IMG/VR virus record: IMGVR_UViG_3300015184_000033
Origin: a virus
Taxonomy: Duplodnaviria; Heunggongvirae; Uroviricota; Caudoviricetes
Direction: 5' to 3' (one strand)
Length of the DNA stretch: 45,562 nucleotides
Positions 19,805 through 28,732 of the stretch are shown here, in pieces. The notes beneath the pieces were generated by a model, which was given only the letters and a program-made list of their open reading frames with translations, had not been told where the DNA came from and searched no databases. Position numbers and translations under genes: made by a program. The first letter of the stretch is position 1, and every line of letters begins with the position of its first letter.

Positions 19805-20361
19805 TTTTTAACCGCCATAACACAACAGGTTAAAGAAAACTGTTTAACTTATTGATACTAAAAGAGAAAAATGACGATCTTTTTACTCATAAAAAATCAC
19901 ACAAACCAGCATAATTATCTGATTTTATTAAGTTTTTATAAGTAAAAAGGATCTTGCGATGGTGTTTTGGTTAAAAGATTGGATGTATTTGCATGATTTA
20001 TAACGATTTTTATCAGAACAACATCACATTGGTTAAAGATCTGCGCGTATCTTGATGATCTAAAAGAAAATTTTCTACTTTCTTTTTACCAGCACAAATA
20101 CAGCAAAAAATCACGTTTTCCCGATATTTTTCAATGAGATGAGTAAATTTCTTTTACCGCAACTTTTAACCTAACTTTTTTCACGTTTAGCTAGCCGAAC
20201 ATCGGGGTTCGAATGACCCGCATCCAACGCTTTTGGCCAGAAGGACCCAATTCTGCCGGACGATGAAACGATGCTCGTGCTCCCCCACAGACAGCCAGCG
20301 AGCGACGCTACAGAACACAGTGAATACACTCTGCATAACAACACCATCAACCACACGATGA
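19805..20361. promoter_or_regulatory. AT-rich, ORF-poor region upstream of the packaging operon (candidate late promoter and/or cos region)
   Basis: About 550 bp with only weak overlapping ORFs; lies upstream of ParB-TerS-TerL; no cohesive-end site can be identified by eye. Confidence 0.3.
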
Positions 20362-21081
20362 TTAACGAGAGAAGGTCTTAGAAAGAATGTCATCAATAGC
20401 CTTTGTGACTTCATCAGCAAACGCATCCTCACCAGCACGCAGCGCCACGCCATGCCAATCAAGACGCTGCGAATAGTTAGGTTGCTGGATAAACGTAAGG
20501 ATCAACGTAGGACGCCGCCCAACGCGCTGCCAGACGCCTGGTTGAAGCGGGTTACTTGTACCAGGTCGAACAACAAAAAACTCCGTAGGCTTGCCCTGAC
20601 GGCGATTTTGATGCGCATCTCGCTGAACTCTTAGGCCAGATAAGACCTGCTGTAATTGCCCCCGCGAAATATTCCCATATTTGTCCAGCTTTGCGCCGGG
20701 ACCAGGAGCAAGCTGCCAGCCGTTAGGCAAATATCCACCAGCCCTTAGCGCCCCTTCTGAGCGTTTGTACTGTCGTTGGCCACCTTCGATTTGCGGGGTC
20801 AACGTTACAGGGGCTGGCGTTCCTCCCCATTCACGAGCATACACAATGGCTGTAGGATCGCTCTTCTTTGCGGCCAAAACGTAAGTAGAGTTCTGAATCC
20901 ACGGCGTGGGCCTGTCAAATACCCGATTAATTTCATTCTTAATCGCAGCCTGAGAAGCCTTTGCCGTTCTGGTTGCCGCAAGCGCCATTGCGAACGGCAA
21001 TTCGCGTTCTTCAAGGCGCTGGAGTTGTCGTTGAATATCCTGAGAAGAAAAATCCATCTTTATCTCAATTCTGTCAGCCAC
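20362..21081 (-). CDS. Hypothetical protein
   Basis: 239-aa ORF downstream of ParB-methyltransferase gene; no recognised motif. Confidence 0.5.
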   Translation of the reverse strand: MADRIEIKMDFSSQDIQRQLQRLEERELPFAMALAATRTAKASQAAIKNEINRVFDRPTPWIQNSTYVLAAKKSDPTAIVYAREWGGTPAPVTLTPQIEGGQRQYKRSEGALRAGGYLPNGWQLAPGPGAKLDKYGNISRGQLQQVLSGLRVQRDAHQNRRQGKPTEFFVVRPGTSNPLQPGVWQRVGRRPTLILTFIQQPNYSQRLDWHGVALRAGEDAFADEVTKAIDDILSKTFSR

Positions 21082-21097
21082 CAGCGCCTCCTACAGA

Positions 21098-22477
21098 CTA
21101 CTTAATCAACGGCCGGAAAGCCGCCAGCACATCATCAGATCGTCCGATTGTTGAACCACCAGGCAACGGCAACTCAAACTCAAAACGAACAGCTTTCTCC
21201 AGACTCGCCCAACTAAGGGAATCATCGTTAATGACGTGCAAATACCAGCTCTTACAGTTGAATATTGACCGCTTAATCCTGAAACCATGTACACGGCACA
21301 ACTGCTTCACTTCATCATCAGAGTGAAACTTCTGGTAAAACCAGTGCCCCTTCCGGTACAACGCGGTAAAACCGTTATGATCAATAAAATAAAGCCGGCT
21401 TTTGGAACTCGCCGCTTGTGTTTGCTTCAGGACTGTTTCCAGCTCTCCACGGCTACGACCAGAAAAGAATATTGACCCACCAGCTTTACACAGGCCTTTC
21501 AGAACCGTCAGAACGGACCATTCAGCCTCGACACTATCGACCGAGTTCAAAACGCTATCGCAAATCACGTAGTCGTAACGCCCTCGCGTTTTTAAGTCGT
21601 CCACCAGCGTATCAATCATCCGGTTTGTTGCGGTCCTATCCAGAGTGTTTCCAGCGCCCTTACGGCGAAAAAGCTCGAGATCATGCAGGTTATATCCCTT
21701 TGCCCTGAGCATTCGCGCGTAGTCTCCCTGCCCCGAACCAAAATCAATTCCTCTTGGCGTCTTGGCAATGATCGGGAGGATCAACGACTCATACAGATTT
21801 GATTTCAGGCTGCCACCATTACGCAACCGCATAAGCTGCGCATACGTCTGGATATATGTTGTTTTCTCCAGATGAGAATACTCAAATACACCATAAGTTT
21901 TATTCAGATAACTTTGGTATTTTTCCTTCTCAACATCAGGGATCACAAACACCGTTAGCGGTGTGCGCGTCATTTTCGCTGCTAATGCATACTGAGCACA
22001 GTGAATAACCTCACCAGACTGAGTAGCAACACAACCACCCCACGGACCATACTTGATAACCAGTTCCGCTATGTTCTTTCGAACATATGCCATTTTCGCG
22101 CGCATATTGCCTGAGATCTGGCTTGCCGATACCTGAACAAAACCATGCTTATCTTCCAGACCGGACACCCTGCAACGCTCATCTCCGCTATCAAAATCCG
22201 TTCCGTTATGCAGTTGGTTAAACCGTACTTCATCGTATACCGTCGTTTCACAGGGCAACACATACACCGCAGCACGCGTTATTCCCAACTTACGTAGCGC
22301 CTTCGTCCTTTGGTGTCCCGCCACCAGCAAATCGCCGCGCACTATCAATGGCTTCACAAGCCCCAGCTCCCTGACGCTTTCCGCCAGCCTCGCAAGATCA
22401 TCCTCACCGATAAAACGCGGGTTATATTCCGCGCCGCGTAGGTGCGTTATGTCGTAATTCAGGTGAAGCATCAGCAC
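21098..22477 (-). CDS. ParB-N domain fused to SAM-dependent methyltransferase (putative DNA methyltransferase)
   Basis: 459-aa ORF; N-terminal ParB-like segment (KPLIVRGDLLVAGHQRTKALRKLG) and C-terminal motif-I-like IDFGSGQGDY. Confidence 0.6.
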   Translation of the reverse strand: MLMLHLNYDITHLRGAEYNPRFIGEDDLARLAESVRELGLVKPLIVRGDLLVAGHQRTKALRKLGITRAAVYVLPCETTVYDEVRFNQLHNGTDFDSGDERCRVSGLEDKHGFVQVSASQISGNMRAKMAYVRKNIAELVIKYGPWGGCVATQSGEVIHCAQYALAAKMTRTPLTVFVIPDVEKEKYQSYLNKTYGVFEYSHLEKTTYIQTYAQLMRLRNGGSLKSNLYESLILPIIAKTPRGIDFGSGQGDYARMLRAKGYNLHDLELFRRKGAGNTLDRTATNRMIDTLVDDLKTRGRYDYVICDSVLNSVDSVEAEWSVLTVLKGLCKAGGSIFFSGRSRGELETVLKQTQAASSKSRLYFIDHNGFTALYRKGHWFYQKFHSDDEVKQLCRVHGFRIKRSIFNCKSWYLHVINDDSLSWASLEKAVRFEFELPLPGGSTIGRSDDVLAAFRPLIK

Positions 22478-23094
22478 ACCTCCCCAGCCAGCAATGCGGA
22501 TACAAATCCGATATAGCTGCCATTATCATCAACATAACGAGACACCGCGCAGTCAAAACGATCCGCTTCCTCATCCGTTGCCGGGATTTTATGACCTCCA
22601 AATGACAGGTACTGAACTTTTACGCCTGATTTGGCCTCATCCTTCTCAAATGGGATATCCATACCCTCTGTGTCATCGTAGACCGCCGCACTCAATAAGT
22701 TATCCAGTTCGCGCTGAGTAAAACCAATTGAGTCCAGAGCAAAATCATCGGCCGCAAGATCTGCAAGCTCCGCGCTTAACAACTCTTCATCCCAACCAGC
22801 ATTCAGCGGAATACGGTTGTCGGCCAGACGATATGCCTTCTTCTGATTCTCCGTTAGCCCTTCCAGAACAATGCAGGGAACCTCATCCATCCCCAACTGA
22901 GTGGCCGCAGCAATTCGACCATGACCAGCAATTACAACGTTGTTCTCGTCTATCAGGATCGGATTAGTCCATCCGTACTCCTGTATGCTGGCAACAATCT
23001 GATCTACCTGCTCCACGGAGTGTGTGCGAGCGTTCTTTTCATAACCAATCAACACAGAAAGTGGTAAAGAAACCACATTAAGATGTTTTGTCAT
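22471..23094 (-). CDS. ParB-like nuclease domain protein (paralogue of 19214-19804)
   Basis: 207-aa ORF; NPILIDENNVVIAGHGRIAAA and NQKKAYRLADN closely parallel the other ParB-like protein. Confidence 0.75.
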   Translation of the reverse strand: MTKHLNVVSLPLSVLIGYEKNARTHSVEQVDQIVASIQEYGWTNPILIDENNVVIAGHGRIAAATQLGMDEVPCIVLEGLTENQKKAYRLADNRIPLNAGWDEELLSAELADLAADDFALDSIGFTQRELDNLLSAAVYDDTEGMDIPFEKDEAKSGVKVQYLSFGGHKIPATDEEADRFDCAVSRYVDDNGSYIGFVSALLAGEVC

Positions 23095-23328
23095 GCCGTT
23101 TATCCGCTAAAATCCCCTCGCTTGTGCAAGCAAGTGGGCCTCGGTTTGTATCCACGGCACCCTGTGGGTATGAATGACTGTCGTCAGGTCGCAACTGACG
23201 GCGGTCGCCCACCTTCCAGTAATAAAAAAGCCACCAGCATTAACTCCACAGCGAGCTGGAGTTAATGAGGCAGCTTTGGTTTGCGCATTATCGCAGCCCC
23301 TGATAAGCACAAGAGCTGCTGTAATGCG

Positions 23329-23739
23329 TTACGCAGGGATCAAACGGATGCGGCCGTTATTTACCTCAATACGAGAGTATTCCGGCTTACCATCAACGAT
23401 TCCGGTAATGACAAGTTCGCCATCAGACGAGCATTCTTCTTTGTCGTCTTCAAGTACCGCGCCTTCTGGCAAATCAACACAGGCAAAAACAGGGCAGCCT
23501 GGATAACGATCATCTTCCATCGCAATCAACATCGATTCACCGAACCACTCTGTGGTAGCACGACCATCAGCCGCCTGATAGTGAATCAAATACTGGTTTT
23601 CGCCATTTGCATACTGAGCACGGGCTTGAACTTCTCCCCACTCTTCACTGATACGCATTGTTACCAGTTGAGATAATTCAAACTTAAACGGAACAGACTC
23701 TGCACCAATGGCAATCGGTTTATCTTCTTTCTTTTCCAT
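23329..23739 (-). CDS. Hypothetical protein
   Basis: 136-aa acidic ORF with SD-like AGGTGA upstream; no recognised motif. Confidence 0.5.
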   Translation of the reverse strand: MEKKEDKPIAIGAESVPFKFELSQLVTMRISEEWGEVQARAQYANGENQYLIHYQAADGRATTEWFGESMLIAMEDDRYPGCPVFACVDLPEGAVLEDDKEECSSDGELVITGIVDGKPEYSRIEVNNGRIRLIPA

Positions 23740-23744
23740 AACAT

Positions 23745-23780
23745 CACCTGAAAATAAAAGCCCCGCGACACCGCGAGGCT
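23745..23780 (-). terminator. Putative intrinsic terminator/attenuator
   Basis: Minus-strand hairpin (cctcgcgg gtgt cgcgggg) followed by CTTTTATTTT, between small ORF and gene 23329-23739. Confidence 0.45.
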
Positions 23781-23787
23781 GTAAGAG

Positions 23788-23940
23788 TTACTTTCGATAG
23801 AAATCAAGGCGCATTTGCTCCCGCTTAAGCCGAAAAGCTCTCTGCGCCACTAAGATGCGCCACAGGACACCAGCAATAACCACCAGCGAGATACAAAAAC
23901 ACACGGCCACAATCATCAGAAAAATGCCAAGACCATTCAT
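23788..23940 (-). CDS. Small hydrophobic protein (50 aa), below ORF-track cutoff
   Basis: Hand translation MNGLGIFLMIVAVCFCISLVVIAGVLWRIL...; ATGA overlap with upstream gene stop. Confidence 0.35.
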   Translation of the reverse strand: MNGLGIFLMIVAVCFCISLVVIAGVLWRILVAQRAFRLKREQMRLDFYRK

Positions 23941-24143
23941 GAAACTATCCATTTTTCAATGAATACCTCCAGTAATATCAAGAGATACGCCGTACCCAGC
24001 GCGGTTCCTACCGATATAGCTAAGACAAACCTCAAAGATAACGAGGTGTCTTTCGCTTTTCTCCAGACGTAAGCGCCAGCCAGAAATACCAACAAATCTC
24101 TTATTGGAAGCGGAAACCAGAACAAATCACTCGGCAAGTCCAC
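23937..24143 (-). CDS. Small membrane protein
   Basis: 68-aa ORF with two hydrophobic segments. Confidence 0.45.
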   Translation of the reverse strand: MDLPSDLFWFPLPIRDLLVFLAGAYVWRKAKDTSLSLRFVLAISVGTALGTAYLLILLEVFIEKWIVS

Positions 24144-24145
24144 GG

Positions 24146-24601
24146 TTATATCCTTCCATTCATTTTTATCGGATGACCAGATAGCCTTACGCAGTTGAGC
24201 TGTAAAGCTCCGGTATCAACTAACTGATCAACTAACATGATTAGAGCTTCATATTCAGACTGATATCTAACCTGATGCATTCGACCGCTGTTGTTCTCCA
24301 GAATGTCGGCCACCTTTGCAGCCAACTCGCTTAGACAGGAGAACTTATTCCCATATATCGTTTTATACTCGCGCTTCTGGCATTCTTCGGCTTGCGGCTG
24401 GTTATCGAGAGCTATCAGCGACCGATGGCTATCAAGGAAGTCCACAATCTCATTCAGGCACTCTTTGGCTGCCTCATCGTGACTTTTTCCGTATGCTTCA
24501 TGGAGGACTTTCATCCTCATCATTGCTCCGTCACATATAGTCGAAAGCGCGTAAAGCACATCACTAACCGCCATTTCTTTTTTGGTGCTTGTCGAAGGCA
24601 T
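24146..24601 (-). CDS. Hypothetical protein
   Basis: 151-aa ORF; no recognised motif. Confidence 0.5.
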   Translation of the reverse strand: MPSTSTKKEMAVSDVLYALSTICDGAMMRMKVLHEAYGKSHDEAAKECLNEIVDFLDSHRSLIALDNQPQAEECQKREYKTIYGNKFSCLSELAAKVADILENNSGRMHQVRYQSEYEALIMLVDQLVDTGALQLNCVRLSGHPIKMNGRI

Positions 24602-24675
24602 CCCATGTTCTCCTTTGTCTGGATGTAAAAAAGCCCCGGCAATTGCCGAGGCTTGTTGTTCGTTATCGTTACGGT

Positions 24676-24876
24676 TTAATGCTCGCGTCGTCCGGCGACA
24701 ACTTCGGATTTGTATTTCAGGTCGCCCAGCAAGAATTGCAGTTTAAGCATCTTTGCCGCCGTGTAGTTCCCTGATTCCACAACCTCTTTCATGAAGTCAT
24801 AAACGGCCGCAACATCATCAGCCAGGAACTCTTTGCGTTGCTGCTCAGTCGCACGTTTGAAGGAAATACGCATCAC
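24676..24876 (-). CDS. Hypothetical protein
   Basis: 66-aa ORF overlapping upstream gene by 4 nt. Confidence 0.4.
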   Translation of the reverse strand: MMRISFKRATEQQRKEFLADDVAAVYDFMKEVVESGNYTAAKMLKLQFLLGDLKYKSEVVAGRREH

Positions 24877-25142
24877 TCATCATCTCCTGCCGCACATACA
24901 ACCTCACAAAAAACATCAGCGGAATGTTTCTTTTTGAATGAATGGCGCTCAAAACCGCACTCAATATCAGGCGCAAAAACATCCACCACATACGGTCTTT
25001 CAGAATGTTTGTTTTCCCAACGATAAACCGTAGTGACGTTGAAATGTTTTAACGCTTCACGGAACTCAACGCTGCCCGTCAGGTTTTTTGAGGTCAGGTA
25101 TTGCAGGAGTTTTTTTACTACTTCACGGTCTTGTACTTTCAT
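24873..25142 (-). CDS. Hypothetical protein, first gene after promoter/leader cassette copy 1
   Basis: 89-aa ORF; ATG preceded by conserved GGAGATAACCCG leader. Confidence 0.5.
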   Translation of the reverse strand: MKVQDREVVKKLLQYLTSKNLTGSVEFREALKHFNVTTVYRWENKHSERPYVVDVFAPDIECGFERHSFKKKHSADVFCEVVCAAGDDE

Positions 25143-25256
25143 CGGGTTATCTCCGGTTTAACCAGGGCGGGTATCGCTCGGTTTCGGGTATAACCATAGG
25201 AAATTTTTTCCCACCTGTAAAGCACTTTTTATATAAATATATAATTATATAATTCT
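25143..25256 (-). promoter_or_regulatory. Conserved promoter/leader cassette, copy 1
   Basis: About 105 bp almost identical to 32094-32200 and 41478-41587; candidate -35 TTTACA, 17-bp spacer, -10 TATGGT, conserved 5' leader and SD GGAGA. Confidence 0.55.
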
Positions 25257-25842
25257 ATGACACTTGCCAGAGAGCATCATGCAACTGGATACCTCCGTTG
25301 CACTGGTTGCCCCAGCCATGCCAGCCATCAGGTAAATCACCGCGAGCAAACAGCTCAATACGAGGAACATCGCCTAACAGCTTTACCAGCTTGTCACGGA
25401 CCACATCAGGCTTCCGAGAATGCTCCAGACGAGGCGATGTAAACGACTGAATGATCCCCGCATCAAGACGTGTCGGTAGTTTGCCTTTCACTGCAAACAA
25501 GCAATCTTCACTGTTTGCACGAGTCATATGCCCCATCCCCATCACCAGCTTATCTGGTTGTCGGCTACCACATTTGTTCCATGTGAAGCCCTTCATGGTC
25601 ATCAGCCTGAATCCCCATGCTTTCACCACCAGCAACGCTTCTTCTGGCTGAGTCGGAACCCACCACATGGCCAACAAACACGATTCAGGATTAGCAAGCT
25701 GCCAGACAGGAATACGAGCAATATCCTCAGCTTTCATCGTTGGATACTTAAAACCAGCGCCACGATTCCCATCCTTACACTTGTCTTTGTATTCCCAGGG
25801 GGGATCTGCATAAATCAGATTAAACAATGCAATTGCCTCCAT
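25255..25842 (-). CDS. MT-A70 family N6-adenine DNA methyltransferase
   Basis: 195-aa ORF with diagnostic DPPW motif (IYADPPWEYK). Confidence 0.8.
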   Translation of the reverse strand: MEAIALFNLIYADPPWEYKDKCKDGNRGAGFKYPTMKAEDIARIPVWQLANPESCLLAMWWVPTQPEEALLVVKAWGFRLMTMKGFTWNKCGSRQPDKLVMGMGHMTRANSEDCLFAVKGKLPTRLDAGIIQSFTSPRLEHSRKPDVVRDKLVKLLGDVPRIELFARGDLPDGWHGWGNQCNGGIQLHDALWQVS

Positions 25843-26150
25843 GTTAGTTGTGTCTCCGGCGCTTATCTCCGGCAGTCATAACGCTGGCCAGCTCTACAGC
25901 AAACACAACGAAAAGGGCACTAACCAGACTGATTAATGCCCTTGCCTGTTGTGTGCCGGATATCGCCCGACAACGCTGTTTTGGTAACACGGCTACAGTT
26001 CCGTGCCGCTCCAGCTTTTACCCCTTTGCGGATAACAGGCCCTGCCTGTAACTTAGCCCCACGTTCGCCCGAAATGCGCACCAGGCACGCATAAAGATGA
26101 GCACGAAGGAAGTAACTCCACCGCGCTTATCTTTATGTGTGAGAGTGAAT

Positions 26151-26226
26151 TGGTGGCCCCTACCGGATTTGAACCGATGACCGTGCGATTATGAGTCGCC
26201 TGCTCTAACCACTGAGCTAAGGGGCC
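26151..26226 (-). tRNA. tRNA with CAU anticodon (tRNA-Ile2/lysidine type more likely than tRNA-Met), CCA encoded
   Basis: Hand-folded cloverleaf: acceptor GGCCCCU/AGGGGCC, D-arm GCUC-AGUGGUUA-GAGC, anticodon loop CUCAUAA, T-arm AUCGG-UUCAAAU-CCGGU; 5' half matches remembered enterobacterial ileX. Confidence 0.8.
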
Positions 26227-26236
26227 ATATTTGATT

Positions 26237-26310
26237 TGTTTGTCTGGTGTGGCGCCGCGCACGAAAATCCCAGCCAATAAATTCAGGATTTTTGGGCGCG
26301 GCGGCATATC
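26237..26310. repeat. Long imperfect palindrome next to the tRNA
   Basis: gtttgtctg...cgccgcgcacgaaaatcc / ggatttttgggcgcggcg...cagacaaac, arms of about 30 bp around a 15-bp centre. Confidence 0.6.
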
Positions 26311-26395
26311 AGACAAACATGGTTGATGCGTGCGCCCATGAGAAAAGCGCATAGAATGTTGTAACTATATATTTATATAATTATAGAAATATATA

Positions 26396-26605
26396 TTACT
26401 TTGGACAGTTGATTTCCCATGCCCTGTTATGAGCCAGAATATCTTTCTTTGTCTGGCGGTCCATAACATCGATGTCGTGATCAGTCAGGTAGATGGGCTT
26501 TACCCAATCACAGGCGGTATCAACCACCACCGGGACGCTTCCACGACTCCCGCAGCTCGCGATCAACATCGTCATCAGCCATATGGTTAACACTCTGCTG
26601 TACAT
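26396..26605 (-). CDS. o-spanin-like outer-membrane lipoprotein (Rz1-like)
   Basis: 69-aa ORF with signal peptide and lipobox LIASC; start embedded in the 3' end of the i-spanin-like gene in another frame. Confidence 0.55.
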   Translation of the reverse strand: MYSRVLTIWLMTMLIASCGSRGSVPVVVDTACDWVKPIYLTDHDIDVMDRQTKKDILAHNRAWEINCPK

Positions 26606-26798
26606 TCCCCACCTCTTTTGTCACTTCTATACGCCGCTCCGCAGTGGCTTTTACGGCGGCTGCATTCTCATTAATGCGCTGCTTTTCAGCTTCATCTTCG
26701 GCCTTTTCTCGCCCCTTCATACGACCAAAACCAAACGCGCCAAATGCAACCAATATAATTGTGCCAATAAATGACAAAACGGCCTTCAAACCAGTCAT
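26520..26798 (-). CDS. i-spanin-like protein (Rz-like)
   Basis: 92-aa ORF with N-terminal transmembrane helix followed by charged coiled region; downstream of endolysin. Confidence 0.55.
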   Translation of the reverse strand: MTGLKAVLSFIGTIILVAFGAFGFGRMKGREKAEDEAEKQRINENAAAVKATAERRIEVTKEVGNVQQSVNHMADDDVDRELRESWKRPGGG

Positions 26799-27337
26799 AC
26801 CACCACTCGCTCTTTCATCCAGCCGTAGACAAACGACTCATTAGCCTCGCGCTTCTCCGCCAACTCCAGATAGCGTTCGCCCTGCGTACAGTTCAGCGAC
26901 GTCAGCATCACCCGTTCGCCGTCTTTTCCCCGATTCCCAAGATAAGCACGCAGCGCATTAATGGTACGTGGACCGATTCGTCCGTCTGCATCCAAATCGG
27001 GATACAGCTTCCCGCGCAGGTTGAACACATTCAGCCAGCGTTGAAGCATTTTTGACGCCACTGTTGGCCCCATGTTCACCCCCGTGTCACACAGCTCTGC
27101 GGCAATATCAGAGGATAATGCGGCCACCTGATCAAAGCGTGGTCCGTACCAGTAATCAGCCTCAAGGATTTCCAGTGCCTGTTCGCGGGTTAAATCGCGC
27201 ATATCGCCACGGTATCCATGAGCACGGGCAGTGTTCTGAGTAATGCCCCACTTTGTTGGGCCTCCCTTGTCGTCAGGGTGATCCACATAGCCGCCCTCTT
27301 TTCCAAGAACGCTGTTAAAAATCTCATCTTTGGTCAT
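26795..27337 (-). CDS. Endolysin, GH108 N-terminal domain with peptidoglycan-binding C-terminal domain
   Basis: 180-aa ORF with EGGYVDHPDDKGGPTKWGIT motif characteristic of GH108-type lysins. Confidence 0.7.
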   Translation of the reverse strand: MTKDEIFNSVLGKEGGYVDHPDDKGGPTKWGITQNTARAHGYRGDMRDLTREQALEILEADYWYGPRFDQVAALSSDIAAELCDTGVNMGPTVASKMLQRWLNVFNLRGKLYPDLDADGRIGPRTINALRAYLGNRGKDGERVMLTSLNCTQGERYLELAEKREANESFVYGWMKERVVV

Positions 27338-27656
27338 GATTAAACCCTAATGCGTCAACTATCCGCGCCAGATTGCCCCTGAAATACAGAACAACGATGC
27401 AGATAATCAGATTTCCAATAACCACCAGCCAGTGTGATTCTTGATAAAGACCGAACACATAACGGAAGGGAACATTGGCGTATACAATGACGTAGATATA
27501 AGCCAGAAAGGAAACAAATGGACGATGCCTGGAGTCTTTCCGTCGATAAAGCATCAGCGCCATTACTATTACTGTGCAAAGCACCGCATTAATCAGTGCT
27601 GACGGGTCACTGCTTACCATTTGAACCCCCTCCACGTAAGCGGGAAAGCATTCCAA
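27324..27656 (-). CDS. Membrane protein (holin/antiholin-like); start uncertain
   Basis: 110-aa ORF with three hydrophobic segments immediately upstream of endolysin; 50-nt overlap with preceding ORF suggests an internal start. Confidence 0.45.
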   Translation of the reverse strand: MECFPAYVEGVQMVSSDPSALINAVLCTVIVMALMLYRRKDSRHRPFVSFLAYIYVIVYANVPFRYVFGLYQESHWLVVIGNLIICIVVLYFRGNLARIVDALGFNHDQR

Positions 27657-28002
27657 AGATGCTACCGAGATCCTGGCTGTTTACGAACGTGAGGATTTTA
27701 ATGGTCAATGCAGCCACAATAACCGCACCAAGCGCATCCAGAGGACGATCGTTGTAGCTGGTCCATTTGGCAAGAAATGAGCCAACTAACGGCGCTCCAA
27801 TCACTCCAACAATGAACGATGTAAAGAAATAGCCAATCAGCTTGAGACGGCTAATATTCACCGCTGTAGCAACATAGAAAACAGCGCCAGCAAATGCCCC
27901 GAATACAACGCCGTAATCAATACCAGTTGCAATACCAAAAACGCTGGCACCCATCAGGCCACCAGCAGCAACGGCCGTACCGGAAATTGGTTCTGCTGAC
28001 AT
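27607..28002 (-). CDS. Holin-like membrane protein
   Basis: Start moved to internal ATG at 28002 (SD GAGGA upstream) because the first 16 codons of the tracked ORF overlap a terminator hairpin; multiple Gly/Ala-rich hydrophobic segments. Confidence 0.5.
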   Translation of the reverse strand: MSAEPISGTAVAAGGLMGASVFGIATGIDYGVVFGAFAGAVFYVATAVNISRLKLIGYFFTSFIVGVIGAPLVGSFLAKWTSYNDRPLDALGAVIVAALTIKILTFVNSQDLGSIFGMLSRLRGGGSNGKQ

Positions 28003-28015
28003 TGAAATCCTCGTT

Positions 28016-28048
28016 AAAAAAAAAGCCCCGCCGAAAAGGCAGGGCTTC
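28016..28048 (-). terminator. Intrinsic terminator immediately upstream of the lysis cassette (tR'-like position)
   Basis: Minus-strand hairpin AAGCCCTGCC-TTTTC-GGCGGGGCTT followed by a run of about 9 T. Confidence 0.55.
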
Positions 28049-28380
28049 ATAAAGCAACAAATTACGCGGTAATCGCTTAACGCAGTTTTACTACGTTAAA
28101 TGAAACACTACACCCAGTTACCACCTAAAACAAGGTTTTCCCATAAAAAAACCTTCATATCGTGGTTAATCGATCAATAAAAAAGCAATGTTCAACTTTT
28201 TACCAACCGAACATCCCGACCAGGACTTCCATAATATTCGCCGATATGCCACTGCTTAAGTTGAGTAATCTTCTCCAACTTAACTCCCATAGAGTCCAGT
28301 TTCTGCCATGTTTTCGGTTGTATGTGCTTCATTACCCGCTCTGAATATCTGAATAGTGCTCGTAAGCGCATGGTTTCTCA

Positions 28381-28563
28381 CTACAGCTTATATAAGTGGT
28401 TTTTCCAGCGGTTTTGCGCCGCGCTGGGCTTTTTGCAAAAACCACAATCCATCATCCCGTAATATTTCATCAACCCCATCCGTCGGTTGCTGAGTCTCAC
28501 CCACTGCCAGACGCCAGGAGCGTTTCTACGAACTAACAGAATCTTTGCTTTACGGTTTTTCAT
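28381..28563 (-). CDS. Hypothetical small protein
   Basis: 60-aa ORF; weak coding evidence. Confidence 0.3.
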   Translation of the reverse strand: MKNRKAKILLVRRNAPGVWQWVRLSNRRMGLMKYYGMMDCGFCKKPSAAQNRWKNHLYKL

Positions 28564-28732
28564 CGTTCTGCTCTCCTGCGTTTCTTTGCTGCTCGTCGTG
28601 CAGCTGCAATACCTGTGCGCCGTTTCGCTAATGGGTAGCGCATGTCATAAGTAAAAACATGCGGCTTTGCGATTACCGGTAAATCCCAAAACCGCATCGG
28701 GAATGGTAATAAACCGACAAATACCACACGCA

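Noticed and set aside
20171-20260. tRNA-like GGGGTTCGAATGACCCG segment suggesting a tRNA fragment or att core
   Set aside because: T-arm-like motif only; no acceptor stem, D-arm or anticodon arm can be folded around it
23240-23265. Perfect 9-bp-stem hairpin (TTAACTCCA ... TGGAGTTAA) as an intrinsic terminator
   Set aside because: The T-run on the minus strand is about 10 nt away from the stem base and the plus-strand side lacks a U-tract; kept only as a possible structure
26053-26352. 99-aa minus-strand ORF overlapping the tRNA
   Set aside because: It is the translation of the tRNA gene and flanks (the GSNP segment comes from the T-arm); not a protein gene
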